Positions 1 to 9,438 of a DNA stretch of 64,000 nt are shown piece after piece. Numbering within the stretch: the stretch's first letter is position 1; every line of letters begins with the position of its first letter. The position numbers and the translations under genes are program-made. The stretch lies in assembly GCF_030682035.1 (NCBI RefSeq), contig NZ_JAUXQZ010000031.1, forward strand, positions 20,991 to 84,990. Reading direction: 5' to 3'. The notes beneath the pieces were generated by a model. It did not search any database. It was not told the DNA's origin and was given only the letters and a program-made list of their open reading frames with translations. This DNA comes from Brevundimonas sp. Lineage in GTDB: Bacteria > Pseudomonadota > Alphaproteobacteria > Caulobacterales > Caulobacteraceae.

Positions 1-32
1 AGACCCTCCGCAGGCAGAATTCCCACATTCCC

Positions 33-1301
33 CTAGCCGAACCGCCGCCGCTGATCCGCACTCCGCAGCGTCGAGCGGATGAAATCGGCGGGAGGATCGG
101 TCTCGGCCAGCACGGCCTCCTTGATGGCGCGAGGTTCACCGAAGAGGTGGCCCTGGCCCATGGAGATGTCGAGTTCGAGGATGTCGACGATCTGGCGCTC
201 GCTCTCGCATTTCTCGGCGATCAGTTCGATGCCGTAGCGGCGGGTCAGGCCGGCGAAATCGGACGCCGAGATGTCGCGCAGCGACGGCAGGGCCGAGGCG
301 CCGTCGAGGTCGAGCAACTGTTCGATCAGCAGGTCGGCCGCCACCTTCATGAACTTGACGTCGGACCTTTGCAGGTCGGCGAAATCGAGGTCGAGCGTCT
401 GGACCTTGTCGATCGAGAAGCGGAAGCCGAGGTCGGCCAGCTTGGCCATATTGCGGGCCTCGACGGCGCCGCGGGCATCGAAGGTGGCCTGGCCCAGTTC
501 AAAGATGAGGGCCTGGTTGAGGTCGCGGTTCTCGCTGAGGAAGTCGAGGAACTGGGGGAAGAAGGTCTCGTCGCCCAGGGAGGACAGGGCGACATTGCAG
601 AAGACGCCGACCTTGCGGTCCTGACGCGCGAGGCGGCGCACGATCTGGGCGCAGCGGAACAGCAGCAGGTTGTCGATGGCGGGGACCAGACCCTCACCCT
701 CGGCGACCGACAGGTATTCGGCCGGCATCATCACCCGGTCGTCGGCGGCGCGCAGGCGGGTGAAGCTTTCGTAGAAGATGGTCCGGCGCTGGGGCAGGGA
801 GACGACCGGCTGGAGATAGAGGTCGACGCGGTTCTCGGCCAAGGCGTCGTGGATGGTGGCCAGCAGGACGTTGGACTGTTCGCGGTGGCGAGCCTCGTAC
901 GGATTGGTCGGCTCCGGCTGGGCCGCGCGGTGTTCGAGAGTCTCGCTCATCTGCTGGATCAGGGTCTCCAGCATGCGGACCTCGCCCGACAGGGCCTCGG
1001 TAGAGGTCACGGCACCCGACTCAATGGCCTGGGCCAGTTCGGTGAGGGCGCCCTGCGTCGACTCCATGGCGTCGGCCAGCAGGCGGTGGGCCTCGCGAAC
1101 CTGTTCGATTTCCTTGCGAAGGGCGGCCTTGTCGGCGCGGCCGTTGATGCCGACGTGGACCGCGACCATCAGGCCCATGGTGGCGATGGCCCCGGCCGCG
1201 CCGGCTCCGGCGCCGAGGCCCGCGCGCCACACGAAGGCGCCGACCGTCAGGGCCAGGAAGAGGTAGCCGAAGAACAGAAAGCCTTGGGTAAGTGCGCGCA
1301 T
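33..1301 (-). CDS. tipF: TipF-like membrane-anchored degenerate EAL-domain protein (c-di-GMP receptor, flagellar assembly)
   Basis: Two N-terminal hydrophobic segments, a coiled-coil stretch, then an EAL domain (LYLQPVV, YESFTRL in place of EAL, MGQGHLFGEP); architecture matches Caulobacter TipF. Confidence 0.75.
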   Translation of the reverse strand: MRALTQGFLFFGYLFLALTVGAFVWRAGLGAGAGAAGAIATMGLMVAVHVGINGRADKAALRKEIEQVREAHRLLADAMESTQGALTELAQAIESGAVTSTEALSGEVRMLETLIQQMSETLEHRAAQPEPTNPYEARHREQSNVLLATIHDALAENRVDLYLQPVVSLPQRRTIFYESFTRLRAADDRVMMPAEYLSVAEGEGLVPAIDNLLLFRCAQIVRRLARQDRKVGVFCNVALSSLGDETFFPQFLDFLSENRDLNQALIFELGQATFDARGAVEARNMAKLADLGFRFSIDKVQTLDLDFADLQRSDVKFMKVAADLLIEQLLDLDGASALPSLRDISASDFAGLTRRYGIELIAEKCESERQIVDILELDISMGQGHLFGEPRAIKEAVLAETDPPADFIRSTLRSADQRRRFG

Positions 1302-1409
1302 TGGAAACGGATGGTCCGTCTTCCCGGATGGAATCGACCGAGTATCGGGGTATCAGAGCTAAACGCCTAGCGTCGATGCACGAATTCTCCCTACTCTTCG
1401 AGGTTAACG

Positions 1410-2180
1410 ATGGAATTGTTCGATCTGACCGGCAAGGTCGCCGTCATCACCGGCTCGTCGAAGGGTATCGGCAAGGCCATCGCCGAACGGATGGCCGAGC
1501 ACGGCGCTCGTGTGGTGATCAGTTCGCGCAAGCCGGGCCCGTGCGACGAGGTCGCCTCGGCCATCAATGCAAAACACGGTGAGGGCCGGGCCATCGCCAT
1601 TCCGGCCAACATCGCTTCGAAGGAGGAACTGCAGCGGCTGGTGGATGAGACCAACGCCGCCTTCGGCCGGATCGACATTCTGGTCTGCAACGCCGCGACC
1701 AATCCCTATGCGGGGCCGATGGCGGGGATCAATGACGAACAGTTCGGCAAGATCCTGCAGAACAATGTGGTCTCCAATCACTGGCTGATCCAGATGGTCG
1801 CGCCGCAGATGCTGGAGCGCCGGGACGGGTCGGTGATCATCGTCTCGTCGATCGGGGGCTTGCGGGGCAATGCGCTGATCGGCGCCTACAACATCTCCAA
1901 GGCGGCGGACATGCAGCTGGCGCGCAACCTGGCGGTCGAGTGGGGGGCGTCAAACGTGAGATGCAACACTATCGCGCCCGGCCTGGTGCAGACCGACTTC
2001 GCCAAATACCTGTGGGAGAACCCCGAGCTGCTGAAACAGGTCACCGACCCCGCGCCGCTGAAGCGGATCGGCCAGCCGGACGAGATCGCGGGGGCGGCGG
2101 TCTATCTGGCGGCGCCGGCCTCGGCATACATGACGGGGCAGACGTTGGTGGTGGATGGCGGGATCACCATTGCCTGGTGA
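1410..2180 (+). CDS. SDR family oxidoreductase
   Basis: TGSSKGIG, CNAA and YNISK motifs. Confidence 0.93.
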   Translation: MELFDLTGKVAVITGSSKGIGKAIAERMAEHGARVVISSRKPGPCDEVASAINAKHGEGRAIAIPANIASKEELQRLVDETNAAFGRIDILVCNAATNPYAGPMAGINDEQFGKILQNNVVSNHWLIQMVAPQMLERRDGSVIIVSSIGGLRGNALIGAYNISKAADMQLARNLAVEWGASNVRCNTIAPGLVQTDFAKYLWENPELLKQVTDPAPLKRIGQPDEIAGAAVYLAAPASAYMTGQTLVVDGGITIAW

Positions 2181-3102
2181 CGAAGCCGGACGGATCGGTT
2201 TCCGCCAGGATCTGATCTGGCGGCTGGAGGCGGCGGCCTTCGCCGGCTTCGTCGGCTTCATGCGGCTGTTGGGCGTCGAGCAGGCCTCGGCGCTGGGCGG
2301 CTGGCTGCTGCGGACGCTGGGGCCGAAAACGGGCACTCAGCGCACGGTGATGCGGAACTTGCGCATCGCCTTTCCCGACATGCCCGAGGCCGAACGCGAG
2401 GCCCTGGCACTGGCGCAGTGGGAACAGACCGGCCGCGCCTTCGCCGAGACGGCGGTGATGGACATTCTGGTCAAGCAGGGCCGGATCGAAGTGGTCGGCC
2501 TTGAGCGGCTGCGCGCCATTCGCGACTCGGGAAAGCCGGTGGTCTTCGTGGGCGGGCATTTCGCCAATATCGAAACGCTGGCGGCGACGATCACGGGCTC
2601 GGGCGTGCCGTGCCAGATCACCTATCGCGCGGCCAACAATCCCTATGTGGACGCTCAGATCATCGCGGCGCGGGCGCGGTATGGCGTCAAGCTGTTCGCG
2701 CCCAAGGGCGGGGACGGCGCCCGGGAACTGCTGGGGGGGATGGCGCGCGGCGAGTCGGTGGCCCTGATGAACGACCAGAAGTTTTCCGAGGGGCCGGAAG
2801 TGACCTTCTTCGGCCAGCCGGTGAACGCGGCGCCGGGGCCCAGCCGGCTGGCGCTGCGCTTCGAAACGGTGCTGCAGCCGATGTCGGTGGTGCGGCTGCC
2901 GGGGGTGCGGTTCCGGCTGACCGTCTATGAGCCCATTGAGCTGACGCAGACCGGCGACCGTCAGGCCGACATCGCGCGCGGCGTACAGGCGATCACAAGC
3001 TTCATCGAGGATCGGGTGCGCGAGAGTCCGGTTGACTGGTTCTGGGTCCACAAACGGTGGCCCGACCGGGTCTATGCCGCGCTGGAGTCGCCCTTGGCCT
3101 GA
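2155..3102 (+). CDS. Lipid A late acyltransferase (LpxL/HtrB family)
   Basis: HFANIE motif, ALMNDQ, C-terminal WFWVHKRW; start codon uncertain. Confidence 0.85.
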   Translation: MAGSPLPGDEAGRIGFRQDLIWRLEAAAFAGFVGFMRLLGVEQASALGGWLLRTLGPKTGTQRTVMRNLRIAFPDMPEAEREALALAQWEQTGRAFAETAVMDILVKQGRIEVVGLERLRAIRDSGKPVVFVGGHFANIETLAATITGSGVPCQITYRAANNPYVDAQIIAARARYGVKLFAPKGGDGARELLGGMARGESVALMNDQKFSEGPEVTFFGQPVNAAPGPSRLALRFETVLQPMSVVRLPGVRFRLTVYEPIELTQTGDRQADIARGVQAITSFIEDRVRESPVDWFWVHKRWPDRVYAALESPLA

Positions 3103-3584
3103 TCCGAGGCGCGGCGCAGCGGCCCCTTGTAGGTCGACGCGGTGGAACGACGGCGGTCCGGGCCGAAATAGCCGTCGGTCTTCACGAACGGGCGGGGCTT
3201 GAAGATCACCGCCTGGATGCGGTCAAGGATGGCCTTGGCCGTGATCGGCTTGACCACGAACTCCGTCACCCCGGCGTCGCGCGCCTCATAGACGCGGCTC
3301 TTTTCGGAATGGCCGGTCATCATGATGATCGGCAGATAGGGATTGACGCTGTCCGGGCTGTTGCGGACCAGGCGGGTGAACTCGACCCCGTCCAGGGGGA
3401 ACATGTTGAAGTCGACGATGGCCAGATCGACCGGGTGTTCGCGCAGCATCTCGAGGGCGGCGGCGCCGTCAGCGGCCTCGCGAACCTTGCGCACGCCGGC
3501 CGACTGCAACACGGCGGACGTAATCGCCCGCATATGCTGGTTGTCATCGACCAGCAGAACCTGGAGCGCCTGAAGAGAGGACAT
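3072..3584 (-). CDS. Cle-type CheY-like response regulator with arginine-rich c-di-GMP-binding tail
   Basis: REC domain (LLVDD, IVDFNM, KP) followed by PFVKTDGYFGPDRRR. Confidence 0.85.
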   Translation of the reverse strand: MSSLQALQVLLVDDNQHMRAITSAVLQSAGVRKVREAADGAAALEMLREHPVDLAIVDFNMFPLDGVEFTRLVRNSPDSVNPYLPIIMMTGHSEKSRVYEARDAGVTEFVVKPITAKAILDRIQAVIFKPRPFVKTDGYFGPDRRRSTASTYKGPLRRASDQAKGDSSAA

Positions 3585-3697
3585 TAGTCGGGGGCCATGC
3601 CGGAATCGGCGAGGGAGGATCTTTAATTTAAGGGGCGAATCATTCCTCGTCCATGACCGATCATCGTTCAGTCAGAGATGTAGCCGGTTACGCACGT

Positions 3698-4528
3698 TCA
3701 GGCTTTCACAAGCAGCGACGGGTCGAGGTTGCGGTCGCGCCACTTCATGCGCCAGCACAGGTGCGGACCGGTGGCCCGACCGGTCATGCCGACCCGGCCG
3801 ATCGGGTCGCCGCGCCTCAATTCCTGGCCCGCCGCAACGTCGATACGGGACTGGTGGAGGTAGGCGGTAATCAACCCCTGGCCGTGGTCGATCAGGACCA
3901 GCCCGCCCTCGAAATGCAACCCTGGCTGGGCCAGCGCGACACGGCCGGCGGCCGGCGCGCGAATCACCGTCCCTTGCGGCGCCGCCAGATCGATGCCGTA
4001 GTGGGGCCGCGCGGGTGTGCCGTTGAGGATCCGCTGGCTGCCCCAGCGGCTGGTGACGCGGAAGCCCTCCAGCGGCCAGTCGAAGCCGTCGCGGAAATGG
4101 TCGGCGTCGATGCGGCTGGCGAACCCTTCGGTCTTGAGCACGATCTCGCGCTGGATGCGTGCCAGCAATTCGGGGTCGGAGGGCTCGACAGTCGAGGGCG
4201 GCAGGCCGCTGACGCTGGTCGACGGAAACTGGCCGCGGGCTATGTCGAGGGTCCGGCGGACGGCGCGGTCTCCGAGACGGGCCTCGATCTGGACGCTGGC
4301 GGCCGCGTCGCGGTCGAAGCCGATGATGAACCACCCGTCGGCCGAGGCGGCGGTCAGGGATTCCCCGTCGACGAAGATCAGGGCGCGGGGCCAGGTCCGG
4401 CCGAGGGTGTGGCCGCCCTGAACGAAACGGCCGGTCAGGGTCAGCCCAGCATCATCCTGCGCGCGCGCCGAACCGGCGGCGATCAAGGCGCCGGAGCCGA
4501 GAACGACACCCCGACGGTTCAGGATCAC
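3698..4528 (-). CDS. M23 family metallopeptidase, exported
   Basis: HYGID, HQS and TGPHL motifs; GTG start at 4528 overlaps the upstream stop; RR-containing signal peptide. Confidence 0.9.
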   Translation of the reverse strand: MILNRRGVVLGSGALIAAGSARAQDDAGLTLTGRFVQGGHTLGRTWPRALIFVDGESLTAASADGWFIIGFDRDAAASVQIEARLGDRAVRRTLDIARGQFPSTSVSGLPPSTVEPSDPELLARIQREIVLKTEGFASRIDADHFRDGFDWPLEGFRVTSRWGSQRILNGTPARPHYGIDLAAPQGTVIRAPAAGRVALAQPGLHFEGGLVLIDHGQGLITAYLHQSRIDVAAGQELRRGDPIGRVGMTGRATGPHLCWRMKWRDRNLDPSLLVKA

Positions 4529-4725
4529 GCGACCTGCCCCAGTCGCTGGAAGGCCTCGTCGGGACCAGCATAGGCCTCCTGAAGACTGACCGACCAGTAG
4601 CGCAGGGTCTCCAGCGGGATGGACTTGCCGCTGACCGCGCAGGTCACGAAACGGCCGGGCTTGAGCACGGCGTATTCGCCGTCGCCATAATGGAGTGTCG
4701 CCTTGGCGGTCTGGTTCTTGGCCAT
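4525..4725 (-). CDS. DUF2093 family protein
   Basis: YGDGEY, FVTCAVSG, LRYWSV, QEAY pattern; usual position downstream of xseA. Confidence 0.85.
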   Translation of the reverse strand: MAKNQTAKATLHYGDGEYAVLKPGRFVTCAVSGKSIPLETLRYWSVSLQEAYAGPDEAFQRLGQVA

Positions 4726-4772
4726 GGACGCAGGCTAACCTGCACGGGTGGATCGCGCCACGGCTTTCGCGC

Positions 4773-6377
4773 TCAAAAAAGATCACCCTGGCCCGGCGGC
4801 GGAGCCTTGGCGCGAGGCGAGGCGGCCGGCGCCTTGGGCGGCGGCGGGGCGTCGCCGCCGTCGATGTGCGCGCCGCGCGATCCGTCGGCGAAGACGAGGC
4901 GGACGGCCTGACCGTCCTGCAGGGCGGCGGCTGCGGCGATCATGGCGCCGTCCTGGCTCTCGACGCGGGCGAAGCCGGGCTTGGGGGCCTTCGGGTTAAG
5001 ACCGGTCAGCGCGCGGGCGAGGGCCGCCAGCCGCGCCGTGTCGGCGTCGAGCCGCCGGGGCAGGGCGATGAGCCGCGTTCCGACGGACTCGAGCCGGGCC
5101 GCCCGCTGGTCCAGACGGCGATACAGCGGTTCCGGCGACAGGCGGGAGAGGGCGCGCAGCAGGCGATGCTCATGGGCCTTCACATTGGCGCCGAGACCCG
5201 AGCCGAGGCGCGCGGACACAGATTCAAGCCGGTCCCCGCGTCGCTCCATGGCCCGGTCGAGCAGGGTGGGCGAGAGGCGGCCCGTGACGCCGACCAGCGC
5301 GCGCTCATGCAGAACGAGATTGCGCGTCAGGCCCGAGGCCAGCCGGTTGCCGGCGTGGTCGAGACGCTGTTGCGGCAGGGCCAGGACATCCTCAGGCCGG
5401 GCGGGCAGGCCGCGGGCGGCGGCGCGCAGCCGGGTGCGGCGGTCCTCGAGGATGCGGCCTCCGGCGCGGGCGAGGCGGCGGTCCAGATCGGCGACGGCGT
5501 AGCGCAGGTCGGCCAGCACCGGAGTAGCGATCTCGGCCGCGCCCGTTGGCGTAGGCGCGCGGCGGTCTGAGACGAAGTCGATCAGGGTGGTGTCGGTCTC
5601 GTGCCCGACGGCCGAGATGATCGGGATGGCAGCGGCGGCGACGGTTCGGGCCAGTCCCTCGTCATTGAAGCACCACAGATCCTCGACCGAGCCGCCCCCG
5701 CGGGCGACGATCAGCACGTCGGGGCGGGGGATCGGCCCGCCGGACATCAGGGCGTCGAAGCCGCGGATGGCGGCGGACACCTGGCCGCAGGCCGCCTCGC
5801 CCTGGACCACGACGGGCCAGACGATGACGCGGCACGGCCAGCGCTCGGCGATGCGGTGCAGGATGTCGCGGATCACCGCCCCGGTCGGGCTGGTGATGAC
5901 TCCGACGACGGCGGGGAAGGTCGGGACGGGCTTCTTGCGGCCGGGTTCAAACAGACCCTCGCCGGCCAGTTTCGCCTTCAGCCGCTCCAGCTGGGCCAGA
6001 AGCGCGCCGGCGCCGGCGGCCTCCATGGTCTCGATGACGATCTGGTAGGAGGAGCGCGCCGGATAGGAGGTGATCTTGCCGGTGACGATGACCTCCAGCC
6101 CCGACTCGGGCCGGACGCCGAGGCCGCGCACGGAGCCCTTCCAGATGACGCCGTCGATGGCGGCCTTGTCGTCCTTAAGGGTCAGGTAGACATGGCCCGA
6201 GGCGTGGTGATTGACCTTGGATATCTCACCCCGCAGCCGGACGTGGCCGAACCGGTCTTCCAGCGTACGCTTGAGGGCGAACGACAGCTCGGACACCGTC
6301 TGGGGCGGGTTGTTGTCCCGTGCGGGCGCCGCCGGTTCGTCGGCCGGACCCTCGAAGACGTAGGAGTCGTCGCTCAT
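4773..6377 (-). CDS. xseA: Exodeoxyribonuclease VII large subunit
   Basis: [38 protein letters not shown]. Confidence 0.97.
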   Translation of the reverse strand: MSDDSYVFEGPADEPAAPARDNNPPQTVSELSFALKRTLEDRFGHVRLRGEISKVNHHASGHVYLTLKDDKAAIDGVIWKGSVRGLGVRPESGLEVIVTGKITSYPARSSYQIVIETMEAAGAGALLAQLERLKAKLAGEGLFEPGRKKPVPTFPAVVGVITSPTGAVIRDILHRIAERWPCRVIVWPVVVQGEAACGQVSAAIRGFDALMSGGPIPRPDVLIVARGGGSVEDLWCFNDEGLARTVAAAAIPIISAVGHETDTTLIDFVSDRRAPTPTGAAEIATPVLADLRYAVADLDRRLARAGGRILEDRRTRLRAAARGLPARPEDVLALPQQRLDHAGNRLASGLTRNLVLHERALVGVTGRLSPTLLDRAMERRGDRLESVSARLGSGLGANVKAHEHRLLRALSRLSPEPLYRRLDQRAARLESVGTRLIALPRRLDADTARLAALARALTGLNPKAPKPGFARVESQDGAMIAAAAALQDGQAVRLVFADGSRGAHIDGGDAPPPPKAPAASPRAKAPPPGQGDLF

Positions 6378-6408
6378 CGGGAGAGACTAGCGGCAGTCGG
6401 GCCTTGCG

Positions 6409-6433
6409 GGAACGGTGGATGCGAGCGACCATT
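6409..6433 (+). promoter_or_regulatory. Possible sigma-EcfG/sigma-T promoter (GGAAC-N16-CATT)
   Basis: One mismatch to the GGAAC-N16/17-CGTT consensus; ATG at 6442 follows 8 nt later. Confidence 0.4.
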
Positions 6434-6441
6434 GTCGTTCC

Positions 6442-6600
6442 ATGGCTGACCCCCGAAACACCGATCCCGACGATCGGGACCCCCGCGAACGCGAACTGGG
6501 ACGTCGCAGCGACGGGCCGGCGGTGAGCCCTTGGCTGGTCATCGGGTCGATCCTGCTGCTGGGCGTCATTGTCTATGTGATCTCAGCGATCGTCCTGTGA
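6442..6600 (+). CDS. Small single-pass membrane protein (52 aa)
   Basis: Charged N-terminus and C-terminal TM helix PWLVIGSILLLGVIVYVISAIVL; GC3-rich codons. Confidence 0.7.
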   Translation: MADPRNTDPDDRDPRERELGRRSDGPAVSPWLVIGSILLLGVIVYVISAIVL

Positions 6601-6649
6601 TCACCGGCTGTGACTTGACCGCCTTCGCCGCTCCCGGCATTGCCCGCGC

Positions 6650-7936
6650 ATGAACATCCTGCTGGTGGGATCGGGCGGACGCGAGCACGCCTTGGCGTGG
6701 AAGATCGCCCAGTCGCCGCTGGTGCGGCGGCTGGTTGTCGCGCCCGGCAATCCGGGTATGGAAAAGCTGGGCGAGCTGCGGCCCATGAAGATCACCGACG
6801 CCGACGGGCTGGCGGCGCTGGCGCGCGAGATCAAAGCTGATCTGGTGGTGGTCGGGCCCGAGACGGCGCTGGAGGCCGGGCTGGCCGACCGGCTGGCGGC
6901 GGCGGGGATTCCCTGTTTCGGGCCGACGGCGAAGGCGGCGCAGCTGGAGACCTCCAAGGCCTTCTCCAAGGCCTTCATGGAGCGCCACGAAATCCCCACG
7001 GCGGGCTTCGGCGTCTATGAGCGGCTGCATGAGGCGCGGCAGGCCCTGTCGGTATTCAAATCGCCGTATGTGATCAAGGCCGACGGTCTGGCGGCAGGCA
7101 AGGGCGTGGCCATCAGCCCGAACAAGCGCGATGCCGAGGGCGAGATCGAGCGAATGCTGGGCGGCCGGTTCGGCGCGGCCGGGGCGCGAGTGGTGATCGA
7201 GGAGTTCATGGACGGCGAGGAGGGGTCGCTGTTCGCTGTCTGCGACGGGACGCGCGCGATGCTGCTGGGCGGGGCGCAGGATCACAAGCGGGCCTATGAC
7301 GGCGACCTGGGCCCGAACACGGGCGGCATGGGCAGCTATTCGCCGGCGCCGGTGTTCACCCCCGAGCTGGTCGAGGCGGCCGACCGTCTGATTGTCCAGC
7401 CGGTGGTCGCGGCCATGGCGGCCGAGGGCGCGCCCTATCGCGGGGTGTTGTACGCCGGGCTGATGGCCACGGAGGACGGACCCAAGGTGGTCGAGTTCAA
7501 TGCCCGTTTCGGCGATCCGGAATGCCAGGTGCTGATGATGCGGCTGGACGGGGACCTGGTGCCCCTGCTGCTGGCCTGCGCGCGCGGCGACCTGACCAGG
7601 GCGCGGATGCCGGAGTTCAGTGCGGATACGGTGATCTGCGTAGTGCTGGCGGCCTCGGGCTATCCCGACAGTCCGCTGGAAGGCTCGATCATCCGCGGGG
7701 CCGAACAGGATTTCGGCCCGCATGTGCGGGTGTTCCACGCCGGGACGCGGCGCCGCGCGGACGGCCAGCTGGCGGCGGCGGGCGGCCGGGTGCTGAATGT
7801 CTGCGCGCGAGGCAAGGACATCGCCGAGGCGCGGGCCCGGGCCTATGCGGCGGTCAGGAAGATCGACTGGCCGGGCGGGTTTCACCGCACGGACATCGGC
7901 TGGCGGGCGCTGGAGCGTGATTCCGGGGGGAACTGA
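6650..7936 (+). CDS. purD: Phosphoribosylamine--glycine ligase
   Basis: GSGGREHA, KADGLAAGKGV, QDHKR, NTGGMG, EFNARFGDPE. Confidence 0.98.
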   Translation: MNILLVGSGGREHALAWKIAQSPLVRRLVVAPGNPGMEKLGELRPMKITDADGLAALAREIKADLVVVGPETALEAGLADRLAAAGIPCFGPTAKAAQLETSKAFSKAFMERHEIPTAGFGVYERLHEARQALSVFKSPYVIKADGLAAGKGVAISPNKRDAEGEIERMLGGRFGAAGARVVIEEFMDGEEGSLFAVCDGTRAMLLGGAQDHKRAYDGDLGPNTGGMGSYSPAPVFTPELVEAADRLIVQPVVAAMAAEGAPYRGVLYAGLMATEDGPKVVEFNARFGDPECQVLMMRLDGDLVPLLLACARGDLTRARMPEFSADTVICVVLAASGYPDSPLEGSIIRGAEQDFGPHVRVFHAGTRRRADGQLAAAGGRVLNVCARGKDIAEARARAYAAVRKIDWPGGFHRTDIGWRALERDSGGN

Positions 7937-7940
7937 AATT

Positions 7941-8600
7941 GTGACCGACGCCTTGCCGCCCGAGCCGCCGAGCCATTACCGCGATGGGAAGGAGCGGCTC
8001 GCCGATCTGATCGTCCATCTGACCGGACTGGCGCTGGCCCTGGTCGGGGGCGGGATGTTGCTGGGGCTGGCGATCGGATTCGGCCATGTCGGGCGGCTGA
8101 CGGCGGCGGCCATCTATGCGGTCGGGCTGCTGACCATGCTGGGGCTGTCGACGGCCTATAATTTCGCCGCCCCGCGGTTTCAGCCGCTGCTGCGGCGCTT
8201 TGACCACGCGGGCATATTCGTGATGATCGCGGGCTCCTACACCCCGTTCACGACCCAGCATCTGACCGGGGCCTGGGCCTGGGGGATGACCTCGGCGGTG
8301 TGGGCCACGGCCATCTTCGCCGCCCTGGCCAAGCTGTTCCTGCCCGGGCTGGGCAAAGGGTTCTGGATCGTCGTCTATCTGGCGCTGGGCTGGCTGATGG
8401 TCATCGCCATCCAGCCAATCATGCAGAGTCTGGGCCTCGCGCCGCTGATCCTGATGGCGGTCGGGGGGCTGCTGTATTCCGTGGGCGTGATCTTCTACGC
8501 CAACAAGGCGATGCGATACCGGCGCGCGATCTGGCACGGCCATGTGGTCGTGGCTGCGGCGGTGCACTGGGTGGCCGTGCTGCTGGCCGTGCTGAAATAG
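7941..8600 (+). CDS. Hemolysin III/PAQR family membrane protein (TrhA-like)
   Basis: About 7 TM segments, DHAGIFVMIAGSYTPF, AIWH; GTG start at 7941. Confidence 0.9.
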   Translation: MTDALPPEPPSHYRDGKERLADLIVHLTGLALALVGGGMLLGLAIGFGHVGRLTAAAIYAVGLLTMLGLSTAYNFAAPRFQPLLRRFDHAGIFVMIAGSYTPFTTQHLTGAWAWGMTSAVWATAIFAALAKLFLPGLGKGFWIVVYLALGWLMVIAIQPIMQSLGLAPLILMAVGGLLYSVGVIFYANKAMRYRRAIWHGHVVVAAAVHWVAVLLAVLK

Positions 8601-8607
8601 GGCCGGC

Positions 8608-9312
8608 TCAGGCCCAGGCGAACAGCAGCCGGCCTTCGCCCATCCGTTCGCGAAGGCTGGGCAGGTCGGTGTGGGCGACTGAAAAACAGCCGTAGCTGCG
8701 GCCCAGCTTGCCCTCGCGGGCCAGAAAGTCCGGGTCGGCGTAGTCGGCGCCGTGGACGATGATGGCCCGTTCGCGGGCGCGGTCGTTCGAGTACTCCAGC
8801 CCGTCGAGCAATACGTTCGGCCCTTGCTGGGCGCCATGGCCTGCGCCGGCGGTGGCGTAGGCTCCGACCGAGGACATGTAGCTCTCCGGGATGTTGGAGA
8901 AGTCGCGGGCGAAGCCGGAGTGCGCCGGGTCGGAGCCTCGGCCGTGGCAGGTGCGCAGGGCGGTGACGTTGCCGGCGACCAGATCGACCTCGTACAGCCG
9001 CTCCTCGCCTGAATATTTCTTGAAGTCGACCAGATACATGCGGTCGCGCAGCGGCACCCGGCGGTGATGGATGTCGAGCGCGGCCATGGCGCGGTCCATC
9101 AGCTCCTTGCGCACCACGCCGCTCGGATCGAGCGGCGGCGAGGCGACCTGGACGGTCTGGAGGCCGGGGGCGGCGCGGGCGAGGACCGGGCGAGGCGGAA
9201 GGGCCGAGGTGGCCAGCGGGCGGAAACCCGCGGTCTGGCTGGAGCTCGTGGCGGCGCAGCCCGACAGGATCGCCGCGCCGCCAAGAATGAAGCCTCGTCT
9301 CGCCAAGCGCAT
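8608..9312 (-). CDS. Murein L,D-transpeptidase (YkuD_2 family), probable Tat lipoprotein
   Basis: RRGFI and LSGC signal; IIVHGADY...GRSYGCF catalytic motif. Confidence 0.88.
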   Translation of the reverse strand: MRLARRGFILGGAAILSGCAATSSSQTAGFRPLATSALPPRPVLARAAPGLQTVQVASPPLDPSGVVRKELMDRAMAALDIHHRRVPLRDRMYLVDFKKYSGEERLYEVDLVAGNVTALRTCHGRGSDPAHSGFARDFSNIPESYMSSVGAYATAGAGHGAQQGPNVLLDGLEYSNDRARERAIIVHGADYADPDFLAREGKLGRSYGCFSVAHTDLPSLRERMGEGRLLFAWA

Positions 9313-9438
9313 GCGACGCCCCTCGCACGGTTACAGAACAGGACACGGGTTGTTTCAGTTCGTGACGGGTGTTTCAACCTGAGCCTTGGCTAAGACGCCC
9401 GGATGTCTAAGGTGCAAGCCCTGTTCCGGGAGGATTTC

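Noticed and set aside
147-1370. Long antisense ORFs, for example 147-1370, 6566-7885, 9688-11250, 53046-55304 and 57022-58551
   Set aside because: Shadow frames of real genes caused by high GC3; no recognisable motifs.
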